From a bacterium (GTDB lineage Bacteria; Ratteibacteria; UBA8468; B48-G9; JAFGKM01), in NCBI GenBank assembly GCA_035370465.1, contig DAOOVW010000002.1, positions 12,939 through 69,189 of the forward strand: a stretch of 56,251 nucleotides of DNA, in the 5' to 3' direction. Numbering within the stretch: the first letter of the stretch is position 1; each line of letters begins with the position of its first letter. Made by a program: the position numbers and the translations under genes. Shown here piece after piece: positions 30,627 through 39,857 of the stretch. The notes beneath the pieces were generated by a model. It ran no database searches. It saw only the letters and a program-made list of their open reading frames with translations, and had not been told where the DNA came from.

Positions 30627-32129
30627 TTATTTAGTTATTTCTTTTTCAGGTCTTCCTGGTAATAACCACTCAGTATGAAATTCCCTTATTTTTCCATTTT
30701 CTGTTTCTAATATCTCAGGACTTTCTTCTCCGCCAATTTTAAAATATCCATGTGCTCCAAAGTAATCTCTCTGTAAAGCAGTTACCTGACAGGCAAACAT
30801 AATTGGTGAAGTTAATTGTAAAATATAATCATAGGAATTTGCCAATCCTAATGCAGGAACTCCGACTTTATGAGAAATTTCAACCAACTTTCCAAGTTTC
30901 CATAAATTCTTTTTAATAAAATCAGAAAATTTACTGTGTGCAATCAAATTTAAAAGTTCAGGATTCTCTAAATATGCCTTTGTAATTTCATCAAGAAATT
31001 GTGCTCTTATAATGCATCCTGCTCTCCATATTTTTGCTATTTCTCCTAAATTTAAGTTGAATTTATAAAACTCAGATGCAGATTTAAGAAGTGCAAAACC
31101 CTGAGCATATGAAGAAATTTTACCTATATAAAGTGCATCATGAGCAATATCAATAATATCTTCCTTTTTCTCATTTAGTTCTTCTCTGATATTAAGAGGT
31201 AGAATTTTACTCATTTTCAATCTTAAATCTTTTTCCCCAGACATTTCTCTTGAAAACACAGCAGAAGATATTGTTGGAACAGGAACAAGTAATTCCAATG
31301 CACTTTGAACTGTCCATGTTCCAGTCCCTTTCATTCTTGTAATATCTGCCACAATATCAACAAGATATACTCCTTCGTTTCTTTTATCTTTTTCTTTCAA
31401 AAGGTCCGATGTAATTTCTATAAGATAAGATGATAATATATCATTTTTGTTATTCCACTTTTCCATAATTTCACCAATTTCTTCGCCTTTCATACATAAA
31501 GCATTTTTAAAAAACCAGCAAACTTCTCCAATAAGTTGCATATCTCCATATTCAATTCCATTATGTGTCATTTTTACAAAATGCCCTGCTCCACCAGGAC
31601 CAATAAAAGATACACATGGAGAACCATCATACGCTTTTGCTGAAATATCAGAAAACATTTTTTCAATAAGTTGATATGCTTCTTTTGAACCACCTGGCAT
31701 AATAGAAGGACCTTTTAAAGCCCCTTCCTCTCCACCAGAAACACCAGTTCCGATAAATAAAATTCCTTTTTCTGTTAAATATTCATATCTCCTGATAGTA
31801 TCTTTAAAATATGAATTTCCACCATCAATTATAATATCTCCCTTTTCAAGAAATGGAATAAGTTTTTCAATAAAATCATCAACTGGTTTTCCTTCTTTTA
31901 CCATCATCATTATTTTTTTAGGTTTTTTCAATAGTCCAACAAAATCCTTTATTTCATATGCTGGAATAATTTTTTTCCCTTTTGCCTGTGTTTCCACAAA
32001 ATTTTTTGTTTTCTCTCCTGTTCTATTATAAACAGCAACAGTATAACCCTTATCTTCAAAATTAAGGGCAAGATTTTTACCCATAACCTCCATTCCAATT
32101 ATTCCAATATCACATTTTTCCATTTTCAT
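30627..32129 (-). CDS. gnd: 6-phosphogluconate dehydrogenase (decarboxylating)
   Basis: IGIIGMEVMGKNLALN, GGNSYFKDT, GTGVSGGEEGALKGPSIMPGG and AGHFVKMTHNGIEYGDMQLI. Confidence 0.93.
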   Translation of the reverse strand: MKMEKCDIGIIGMEVMGKNLALNFEDKGYTVAVYNRTGEKTKNFVETQAKGKKIIPAYEIKDFVGLLKKPKKIMMMVKEGKPVDDFIEKLIPFLEKGDIIIDGGNSYFKDTIRRYEYLTEKGILFIGTGVSGGEEGALKGPSIMPGGSKEAYQLIEKMFSDISAKAYDGSPCVSFIGPGGAGHFVKMTHNGIEYGDMQLIGEVCWFFKNALCMKGEEIGEIMEKWNNKNDILSSYLIEITSDLLKEKDKRNEGVYLVDIVADITRMKGTGTWTVQSALELLVPVPTISSAVFSREMSGEKDLRLKMSKILPLNIREELNEKKEDIIDIAHDALYIGKISSYAQGFALLKSASEFYKFNLNLGEIAKIWRAGCIIRAQFLDEITKAYLENPELLNLIAHSKFSDFIKKNLWKLGKLVEISHKVGVPALGLANSYDYILQLTSPIMFACQVTALQRDYFGAHGYFKIGGEESPEILETENGKIREFHTEWLLPGRPEKEITK

Positions 32130-32140
32130 CTCCTTTTATT

Positions 32141-33208
32141 TTAATTTTTAATGGACATTTTACCTTCAAAATCAAATTTTTCAAGTTTATTAATTCCTGA
32201 TGGTCTTGGATTTATTTCAAGAAAAACAGGAATGACTTTCCCCTCTTTAAATTCAAGTAAGAAGTCAATTCCCATAAAATTCAGTAATTCCTTTAATTTA
32301 TAATTGAAAGCATAATAAACATTTAATACATCTTTTTTTATTAAATCAATATCATAACTTGTAAGAATTAATCTTTTGTATTCCTCTTTTTCCCTGTAAA
32401 AAACTTTTAAAAAAATATCTTTAAAACGAATAATTTTCCCCTCTTTTTCAACAGAAGTAATTGGTAAATTATCATTTGCTATTTCAACAAATCCATAGTC
32501 AGTCATAATTTCGTTATTAAATTTCCATAAAAGGACTCTAAAAACAATTTGTCTATATCCTTTTTCTTTTTCATTATAAAAAAAAACATTCCCTCTTTCT
32601 TCTTTTATAATTACTGACTGGCCCTGTAAAATTGTAAAAATTGTTTCAAGAACATTTTTTTTATTTTCAAAAAAATATTTACTTGTGAAAAAATATGTTT
32701 CTCTTCCTTCTGTTCCCCAATTCGGCTGTATATAAAAATTTTCAATTCTATTTTTAATAAGAAATTCTTTCAGGATTTTTTCAATTTCCCCTCTTTTTTC
32801 CCATTCCAGTAAAATACATTTAGGAACATTTATTCTATTTTTTTCTAATTTTTTTATAGTGTAATATTTATTATCTGCTTTCAGAGAAGAAGAAAAAGGA
32901 TTCAATTGAAATATATTATTTTTTTTTAAAAAAGCAGAAATTTTTTTATGAACTTTTATTTCTTCTTTAGCAATAAGACTTAAAACTAAAACTTTTTCAA
33001 ATTTAGGAGAGAATTTTAAAAGTACTTTTTCTACAATAAAATTATTGCTCATTTTTAAAATCTCTCTTTCAAAATTTTCTTTTGAATCCCATTTAATTCC
33101 ATAAAACTCAATATTTCCCTTTCCCTTAAGACATTCAATATTAAAAAATAAGATAATTTTCTTTATATATTCTTCATCAGATTGATAAATTATTCCTATC
33201 TTTTTCAC
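32141..33208 (-). CDS. ATP-grasp-like protein (function unknown)
   Basis: The C-terminal FMGIDFLLEFKEGKVIPVFLEINPRPSGI matches the E-x-N Mg/ATP-binding end motif of ATP-grasp enzymes. The central NFYIQPNWGTEGRETYFF is like the Gly-rich-loop strand. It lies 4 nt downstream of the giant ORF. Confidence 0.45.
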   Translation of the reverse strand: MKKIGIIYQSDEEYIKKIILFFNIECLKGKGNIEFYGIKWDSKENFEREILKMSNNFIVEKVLLKFSPKFEKVLVLSLIAKEEIKVHKKISAFLKKNNIFQLNPFSSSLKADNKYYTIKKLEKNRINVPKCILLEWEKRGEIEKILKEFLIKNRIENFYIQPNWGTEGRETYFFTSKYFFENKKNVLETIFTILQGQSVIIKEERGNVFFYNEKEKGYRQIVFRVLLWKFNNEIMTDYGFVEIANDNLPITSVEKEGKIIRFKDIFLKVFYREKEEYKRLILTSYDIDLIKKDVLNVYYAFNYKLKELLNFMGIDFLLEFKEGKVIPVFLEINPRPSGINKLEKFDFEGKMSIKN

Positions 33209-33212
33209 TTTC

Positions 33213-36200
33213 TTATTTTGACTCTAATCTTTCTTTATAAATTTTCGCTCTTTCTCCTAATGACTTAAATATTATAAAGACCCCCTCCCCTTTTCTTTCT
33301 GGCGGCAATTGGTCATTATGTGGTCTCCATAAACCTGCTCCTGGATTTGGTTCAATTTTATAAACAACAAGGGATGGTATTTCATTGCCTCTTTTGTCAT
33401 ATAATTTTCTTTTTTCTCCTTTTTCATTAAATAGAGGAATTGATAAAACCTTTTTATTTTTATCAACTCTTTTTATCTCTTTCATATTACTATCAAATAT
33501 TTTTATCTTAGTTGGATTACCTTTTTCATCATATAGAGGTATAAGTTTTTCTTCTTTTTCATCAAAAATATATTTTAAATTATCATCTTCATCTATAAGA
33601 AAAACAGGCATATAATCCCCCATTTCATAAGGAATATCATTTATTTTAAAACCGGTTAAATCAGAGAAAATTTCATCATACTTTACTTTTGACATAAATT
33701 CTGGATAAATTTTTAAATATTCATTTAAAACATATTTCCAATTCTTTTTTAAATATTTTCTTTGGGATTCCATACTTGAAAATGCTGCTTTTGTTATTTG
33801 TATCCTCATGTCGTTTCTATATTTTGGATTAATAATATCATCAGTATATTCAAAAAGTAGACCGCCCTGTCCAACATTGGCAATACCTTGAGTACTTATA
33901 ACAGTTATATGATGCGAAATTTTATAGTCACTTTTTTCAAAAACAAGAATCTGCCTGAAATATGAATACAATGGTGTCTGTGGTTCTCTATCAAGTAATA
34001 CAGGAACCCCAATTCTTGCAAATCTTTCAACAAGTTTTTCTAAAAATTCTTTTGAATATAATTGCCTTACTCTTGATTCAAGTACCTGCTGAATTACAAC
34101 ATTATCTGTTTTAGAAATTTCAAAAGTTAATTCTACCAATTTATCTATATTTTCTTCAATATATTTCCCATTTTCTTTTACTGGAAGTATAAGTGATTTT
34201 CTTCCTCCTGATTCTTTTTCTGGTTTTACAATCAATGCATCATATTTTCTTGCCAATTTGTATATTTTTTCTTTAATTTTATTCTTTGACTTACCTCCAT
34301 ACTTTTCAGTATCTTTTATATACCAGTTTTCCTGCTCAGGTGTTTTAACCCCAGAACCTTTTAACATTTTGGGAAGTTCACATTTAAGGTGAGTTGCTGC
34401 TTCCCATATTAATGGCTGGATTATTGGTATTCTGTAAGTATCTATTTCAGACCTTAATGGATGAGTAAAATGGAAAAAAATTCCATGAAGTGTAATTACC
34501 CCTTTAAATGTTCCAAAGACCAGTCCATTTTCATTTTCACCAAATTTTTTATATTTCTCTCTGAGTTTTTTTATGTCATTTTGGTTTGGATAGAACATAC
34601 CTTCTCTTATTGTAAGAACTTTTTTATCTTCTTTTAATTCAGGAATAGGAAATGAAGTTAAGAAAAGATTTATATTGGCATTTGTTGAAAGGATTGGTCC
34701 TTGTTGTAAAGCAACAGGAACCGTTGTATTGCCATAGGGATATATTATCCCAAGATTAACTCTTTCAGATACAGATAAGTCAGCAGGGTCAATCTGCATA
34801 ATTATTTCTGGGTATCCAAAACCCTCATATTTTAAAACAACACTATCTCTTAGACGAACATAATGAAACCAAAAATCCTCGTCTTTATTCTCCCCTCTTA
34901 TTCCAATCCCATAAATATTTTTATCAAAATTTCCAAGATATAAATCAGTATAATCAGAAGAAAATTTCTTCATAGATGTTTTTTCAGATATAAGAGACCT
35001 TAAATATGTATATAGATACCTATGATATTGACAGGCAAGTTGAAATTTCTTATCTCTTGGAATTTTTTCAAAAGTTGAGGACCTTTCTTTTGAATAATGG
35101 TAAGGGAGAGAATCAAAAATATGATTATTTACTGTTAAATCAAAAAATTTAGATATTTCAGTATTAAATTCCTCATCTGAATTGAGATTAATTGTTTTTT
35201 CAATTAAAAGTGAAATATCAATAAGTTCAAGTCCAGCACAGATTTCATTGTAAAATTCATAATTTCCTGTCTTTACATCAGCGGAACTGGCAAGATTTGT
35301 AACAAGAGATAAATAGTTTTTATCAGTTATCACATTTTCTGAAAATAAATTATTTATATCCTGTAATAAATTTTTCCCATTAAAAGATACAATCTCTTTA
35401 TTAAGAAATTCAAGATATAATTTTGAAATCCGCAGATATTTTCCGAAATCATAGGGAGAAATAGTATTTGTCCCTTTTCCTATAATTTCTTTCGCCTTTC
35501 CATATATAAGAGAAAGATTTTTAGGATAATTTTCTATTACCTTTTCTACATCAAGGAAACCTCTTTTCTTTTCTCTTATGCATTTTACTCTTTCAATTTC
35601 TTTTTTTCTTTCTTCCCACCTTGCAAGTCCCTCAACTTTTTCTTCAACTGCTTTTAGAGAACCAGCAAGTCCTGTACTTATCTCTCTATACTTATATTGT
35701 TTAGGTGGATGATAAATAGACCTTAAAAAGTTGTTAACAATAAAATCTATTTCTTTTTGTCCATAACTTTCTTTACCTGAAACACCAAATAATTTTTTTA
35801 ATTTTATTCTATATTTTTCTCTTAATTCTGAAATTTCTTCTTTTTCTAATTTCCCATTTATAATATAACTTCCTCCATAAATTATCCATTTCCCAAAATC
35901 AAATTCATTTAGTTTTATACCTTTTGAAATTTTTGCAAAAGTATCAGTTATATATCTATCTCTCAAATTCCATACGCCTAAATTTTTTGCATCTCTTTCC
36001 TCTCTTAAAACATCGTCAAATTTTCTTTCAATAAGAATATTCTTTTTTATTCTATTTAAAACCTCTCCTGCTTTTTCTTTGTTCTCATTTAATATAGCAG
36101 TTAAAAATTCCTCACTTAAACTTTTCTCATCATTTAATTGGTTTTTCCATTTTTCAATTGTTTCTTTTCCTATTCCAAGACAACCATAAACAACTTTTTC

Positions 36201-39200
36201 TTCAAGTGCAAAAAGTTCTTTTACTTTCCTTCTGCAGTTCGGATAATTAAAAGCAAATGTAGGTCTTCTTGCCCCAGAAGTTCCGTCTGCAAAAACCAAC
36301 CCACTATTTGGCCTTCCTTTTTTCATCAAATAAAGCATCTTTGGTAAATTATCAACTAATTCTAATAGTTCCGGGTCAGGTATCCCCAGGTCAATGAAAT
36401 CAATACCTTGAATTGCCTCTTCATATGAAGAAAAAGGTCCTCTTTTGTCAATAACAAGAAGATGGATTTTCCCTTCAAGGTCTTTTATTATTTTTTCTTT
36501 TTCTTTCTCTGTTCTATCCTTTATTCCTATCCACCTTTTTAAATTTCCTCCATATACAAGGCAATTTGTCCTTATAATATTTTCATCAATTCCAATATTT
36601 AATAAGTAATTCTCAACTTCATTTTTTATTTGTTCAAGTCCTGAATTAGGCACATGATTTAGAATATCTGAGCCAGTGCAACTGCCAACAATTCTAATAT
36701 CAGCAGGTGGAATAAAATCTTTGAACATCTCTTTAATTATTTCTCTTCCTTCCGGGTCAATATCAAGAAGTATATGATTATCTGCAACATTAGAATATAT
36801 TTCAAGTTTTCTGCTTCCTGCACTGAACCTCACATCAGAGACAGGTATCAATTTCCCATCTTTTTTCTCCCCTTCTTTATAATTTGCTGTCATAACGCCT
36901 ATCAATTCACTGTCATCAACTAAATATGGATTTTTCTTCCTTGCCTGATGTATAAGTTGATAAATAAGTTTAACTTTTCTAAAAGGACCTGTTCTATTTA
37001 TTTCTTCTAAACCCTGTGCTTTTTTGTTAACCCAGTAAGTAAATTTATATTCAAGTTCTTTTTCTTTATTTTCAATAAGCCCCATTTTCCCAAGTATCTT
37101 TGCAATTTGTGGTAATCTTGAAAGACAGATGGGCTTTCCAATTATTCCAAAATATTCAGGATATTTTTTGAAAAGATAAGAAGTTGCTTTTTCTTCCCAT
37201 TCTAATTCAGAAGTAATTTCTGCTCGCCAACCAAGAACTTCTCGCAAATCTTTTATTATATGTTCCTGAATTTTTTCTGGTATTCCAAATGAAGATAATA
37301 TCTGAGAAGATATTTCTCTATCAACACATGCTATAATTATTGCATAAAGAAGACTGAATTCCTTAGGAACACAAAAACCTCCATATGTTTCACCTGCTGG
37401 TAAGACCTTTCTATCACCTCTTGCATTCCATTGATTTCTGAAAAATTCAAAATCGCCCATTCCCAGTGTATCAAGATTTATACTGCCTGCTAATGAAAGA
37501 TAATAGACACCACCTCTTGAAAAGAAATTTTCCCCTACTTTTAAAAATTCAGTTACTCTTGTAGAAGGAACAACAGTTGGACCTGCAATATTATAAAGGC
37601 GATATAATTCTTTCCCAGAATTTGCAGAAATATCATCTATACCACCTACCCATTTAGGAATATCTCTTACTGAAAAAACTTCTTTTGCTCCAAGGTCCAC
37701 TCTGCTTGGAGTATAAAGTAAGTTATATCTTTTAAAAGGGCCTTCTGCTTCATATCTAAAAAGTGGATTTGAAAGTTCACTTATTAAATTTTCTTCAACA
37801 ATAACTTCTTTTTGAGCATTAATAGTTGAATATGTTGGATTGAGATAATTTTTAAGAAACTCTTTTGTTTCTTTTTCTAGATTGAAATTTCTAATCATAT
37901 CTTCTCTTGTTTTCTTTAAAATTTTCAGATTCTCTTCTTCCTTTATATCAATTAAATTTATATTTTCCAGACATTTTAAAACGCATTCTGGTTCTTTTAC
38001 TTTAAAATCTTTTCTATTTAAATTTTCACCCTCTTTTTGCAACAGAATTATTATTTTTGATACTTCTTTTCCTATTTCTGGATAAGAAAAAAGACATTTT
38101 AATATTCCCTGTTCTCCTTCTCCTAACTTGTAAATTTCCCCTTCAAGATTGTTTTCTTTAATTATTTTTTCACCTATTTTTATTATATTTTGTCTCCATA
38201 TTTCCATTTTTCCTTTTACTTTTTCTTCAAGTTTGTGTCTTCTTATAATATTGAATAAAAGCATACTTTCCTCAAGCCAGTTTTTTACATTAAGTTCGCT
38301 TTCACCCGGTCCAAGAGTAGTTAAAATATGAATAGAAGGAAGATTCCTTTTTGGATAATCTACAAGCGATAAATATTTCTCATGGAGTTCCAGAATACAA
38401 TGTTCTTCAAGGAATTTTTCAAGTTGATTTTTTAATGATTTAATGCCTTTATAATTTTTCAAAAATTCTTTTACCAGATTACCTTTTTCCACTTCATTTA
38501 TAGCAAGTGTTAATCCTTCAAATCTTAGCAGTTTCTCTCTTTCACATATTTCAGATATCTGCCTAATCATATTCTCATATGATTTTTCAATGAGTGCAGA
38601 AATATAGGCAATTTCCTTCTTTTTATTTCTTGTTCTTTCAATTAATTGTTTTTCATCCTTAAAATTTATCTTTAAAATTTTGGAGAGAATATTTCTTGCA
38701 AGAAAAACATTTTCTGTAAGCATAACCTCTTCTATATTTAATGCCCAGTTTTCAGCATTTGTTCTGTACATTTCCTCAAGAATATTTCTCTGAACCCATG
38801 CAGTGAACTTATAAGAACCATTTTCAGGTATTATTTGATATGTTGCATATGCAGGAAGTGCTTCTATCCAGTCATCACAAATTCTAAGCCAGTCCTTCAT
38901 ATCAGGTGTTACATAAATGTTTTCCCCCCCATTTGCAAGTAAATTTTCAATTTCAGGGTCCTCCCCAAAAAAAGGGTCAAGTAATTCATTTAAAAGTCCC
39001 ATATATATTGCATCTATTGGAAAAACCCTCTGGAAAAATATCATATAAATAGGTGTTCTTGATGGAAATTTGTTTAATTCATTTTCAAATTTTTTTATTT
39101 CAACTCTGATATTGTCAAAAACTTTTCTATCCTGCATCATAAATTCTGCATTCTCATCAAATTTCTGGACAAGTTGAAATTCATAATTTCTTAATGTATC

Positions 39201-39857
39201 TTTTAAGTTTTTCAATCCACATTTTATCTGTGCAATAGAGACATCATTTTCTCCTGTTAAATTATCAAGAAATTGTATATCACTTTCTATTGGTAAAAAA
39301 CTAATTTTTGACTTTGAAATTATTCTTCTTATTTTTTCTAAAAGGAGAGTTATTACATTTGAAGAGAGCAATTTTGAATTTGCTAAAAGTAAAGCATCAA
39401 TATAAAAAGCACGACTGAATCTTCCACATACAATTCTTCTTCCCGATTCTTTTCTATCTAAAGCAATTTTCTCACAACATTCTCTGTCTTGTTTTTCATC
39501 ATATGTTTCTCTTATTGCTTCATAAATCTGGCTTCTTAAATTTTCAAGGTCTTTTACTGTCTCTATAACATATTTAACTTTTTCTCTATTATAAGGCAAA
39601 CCAAAGTTTTTTCTTGACAAAAGTAGCGCACACAATTTTTTTCTCTTTATTACATCTTTTTCTTTTTCCCCTTCCTCAAGAAAATTTATATACCATTGCC
39701 CATTTTTTTCCTTACTGAATATTTTTATTATTTTATTCCTTTGAGATGGAGAAAATTTTTCATAAATTGAAATGTAAGATAAAAGAACTTCCTTTTTCCC
39801 TTCTGCCTTCAAATTTTTAATAAATTTTCCTATTTTCATTTTATATAAATTCTGCAC
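33213..39857 (-). CDS. Giant (2,214 aa) multidomain protein: unknown N-terminal region + UDP-glucose/GDP-mannose dehydrogenase-like module + unknown middle region + RimK/GshB-like ATP-grasp C-terminus
   Basis: The ORF is uninterrupted over 6.6 kb. Dehydrogenase-like motifs: GEGEQG (aa 579-584), TEFLKVGENFF, PAGETYGGFCVPKEF (Cys829) and VMTANYKEG..VSDVRFSAGSRKL. ATP-grasp motifs: ALIVKPEKESGGRKS (aa ~1874-1887), GIANVGQGG (aa ~1991-1999) and KIEPNPGAGLW (aa ~2167-2177). An alternative ATG at 39839 lies 1 nt after the upstream stop. Confidence 0.6.
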   Translation of the reverse strand: MQNLYKMKIGKFIKNLKAEGKKEVLLSYISIYEKFSPSQRNKIIKIFSKEKNGQWYINFLEEGEKEKDVIKRKKLCALLLSRKNFGLPYNREKVKYVIETVKDLENLRSQIYEAIRETYDEKQDRECCEKIALDRKESGRRIVCGRFSRAFYIDALLLANSKLLSSNVITLLLEKIRRIISKSKISFLPIESDIQFLDNLTGENDVSIAQIKCGLKNLKDTLRNYEFQLVQKFDENAEFMMQDRKVFDNIRVEIKKFENELNKFPSRTPIYMIFFQRVFPIDAIYMGLLNELLDPFFGEDPEIENLLANGGENIYVTPDMKDWLRICDDWIEALPAYATYQIIPENGSYKFTAWVQRNILEEMYRTNAENWALNIEEVMLTENVFLARNILSKILKINFKDEKQLIERTRNKKKEIAYISALIEKSYENMIRQISEICEREKLLRFEGLTLAINEVEKGNLVKEFLKNYKGIKSLKNQLEKFLEEHCILELHEKYLSLVDYPKRNLPSIHILTTLGPGESELNVKNWLEESMLLFNIIRRHKLEEKVKGKMEIWRQNIIKIGEKIIKENNLEGEIYKLGEGEQGILKCLFSYPEIGKEVSKIIILLQKEGENLNRKDFKVKEPECVLKCLENINLIDIKEEENLKILKKTREDMIRNFNLEKETKEFLKNYLNPTYSTINAQKEVIVEENLISELSNPLFRYEAEGPFKRYNLLYTPSRVDLGAKEVFSVRDIPKWVGGIDDISANSGKELYRLYNIAGPTVVPSTRVTEFLKVGENFFSRGGVYYLSLAGSINLDTLGMGDFEFFRNQWNARGDRKVLPAGETYGGFCVPKEFSLLYAIIIACVDREISSQILSSFGIPEKIQEHIIKDLREVLGWRAEITSELEWEEKATSYLFKKYPEYFGIIGKPICLSRLPQIAKILGKMGLIENKEKELEYKFTYWVNKKAQGLEEINRTGPFRKVKLIYQLIHQARKKNPYLVDDSELIGVMTANYKEGEKKDGKLIPVSDVRFSAGSRKLEIYSNVADNHILLDIDPEGREIIKEMFKDFIPPADIRIVGSCTGSDILNHVPNSGLEQIKNEVENYLLNIGIDENIIRTNCLVYGGNLKRWIGIKDRTEKEKEKIIKDLEGKIHLLVIDKRGPFSSYEEAIQGIDFIDLGIPDPELLELVDNLPKMLYLMKKGRPNSGLVFADGTSGARRPTFAFNYPNCRRKVKELFALEEKVVYGCLGIGKETIEKWKNQLNDEKSLSEEFLTAILNENKEKAGEVLNRIKKNILIERKFDDVLREERDAKNLGVWNLRDRYITDTFAKISKGIKLNEFDFGKWIIYGGSYIINGKLEKEEISELREKYRIKLKKLFGVSGKESYGQKEIDFIVNNFLRSIYHPPKQYKYREISTGLAGSLKAVEEKVEGLARWEERKKEIERVKCIREKKRGFLDVEKVIENYPKNLSLIYGKAKEIIGKGTNTISPYDFGKYLRISKLYLEFLNKEIVSFNGKNLLQDINNLFSENVITDKNYLSLVTNLASSADVKTGNYEFYNEICAGLELIDISLLIEKTINLNSDEEFNTEISKFFDLTVNNHIFDSLPYHYSKERSSTFEKIPRDKKFQLACQYHRYLYTYLRSLISEKTSMKKFSSDYTDLYLGNFDKNIYGIGIRGENKDEDFWFHYVRLRDSVVLKYEGFGYPEIIMQIDPADLSVSERVNLGIIYPYGNTTVPVALQQGPILSTNANINLFLTSFPIPELKEDKKVLTIREGMFYPNQNDIKKLREKYKKFGENENGLVFGTFKGVITLHGIFFHFTHPLRSEIDTYRIPIIQPLIWEAATHLKCELPKMLKGSGVKTPEQENWYIKDTEKYGGKSKNKIKEKIYKLARKYDALIVKPEKESGGRKSLILPVKENGKYIEENIDKLVELTFEISKTDNVVIQQVLESRVRQLYSKEFLEKLVERFARIGVPVLLDREPQTPLYSYFRQILVFEKSDYKISHHITVISTQGIANVGQGGLLFEYTDDIINPKYRNDMRIQITKAAFSSMESQRKYLKKNWKYVLNEYLKIYPEFMSKVKYDEIFSDLTGFKINDIPYEMGDYMPVFLIDEDDNLKYIFDEKEEKLIPLYDEKGNPTKIKIFDSNMKEIKRVDKNKKVLSIPLFNEKGEKRKLYDKRGNEIPSLVVYKIEPNPGAGLWRPHNDQLPPERKGEGVFIIFKSLGERAKIYKERLESK

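Noticed and set aside
33272-38331. Short ORFs overlapping the giant gene: the alternate-frame minus-strand ORF 33272..33466 and the plus-strand antisense ORFs 33385..33615, 36138..36347, 37882..38085 and 38149..38331
   Set aside because: They give low-complexity, Phe/Ser/Ile-rich translations of AT-rich coding DNA. There are no RBS or family motifs. The same reasoning applies to 3439..3780, 8644..8928, 9070..9312, 12114..12359, 16973..17323, 23558..23923, 29804..30022, 31447..31674, 41999..42196 and 47536..47823.
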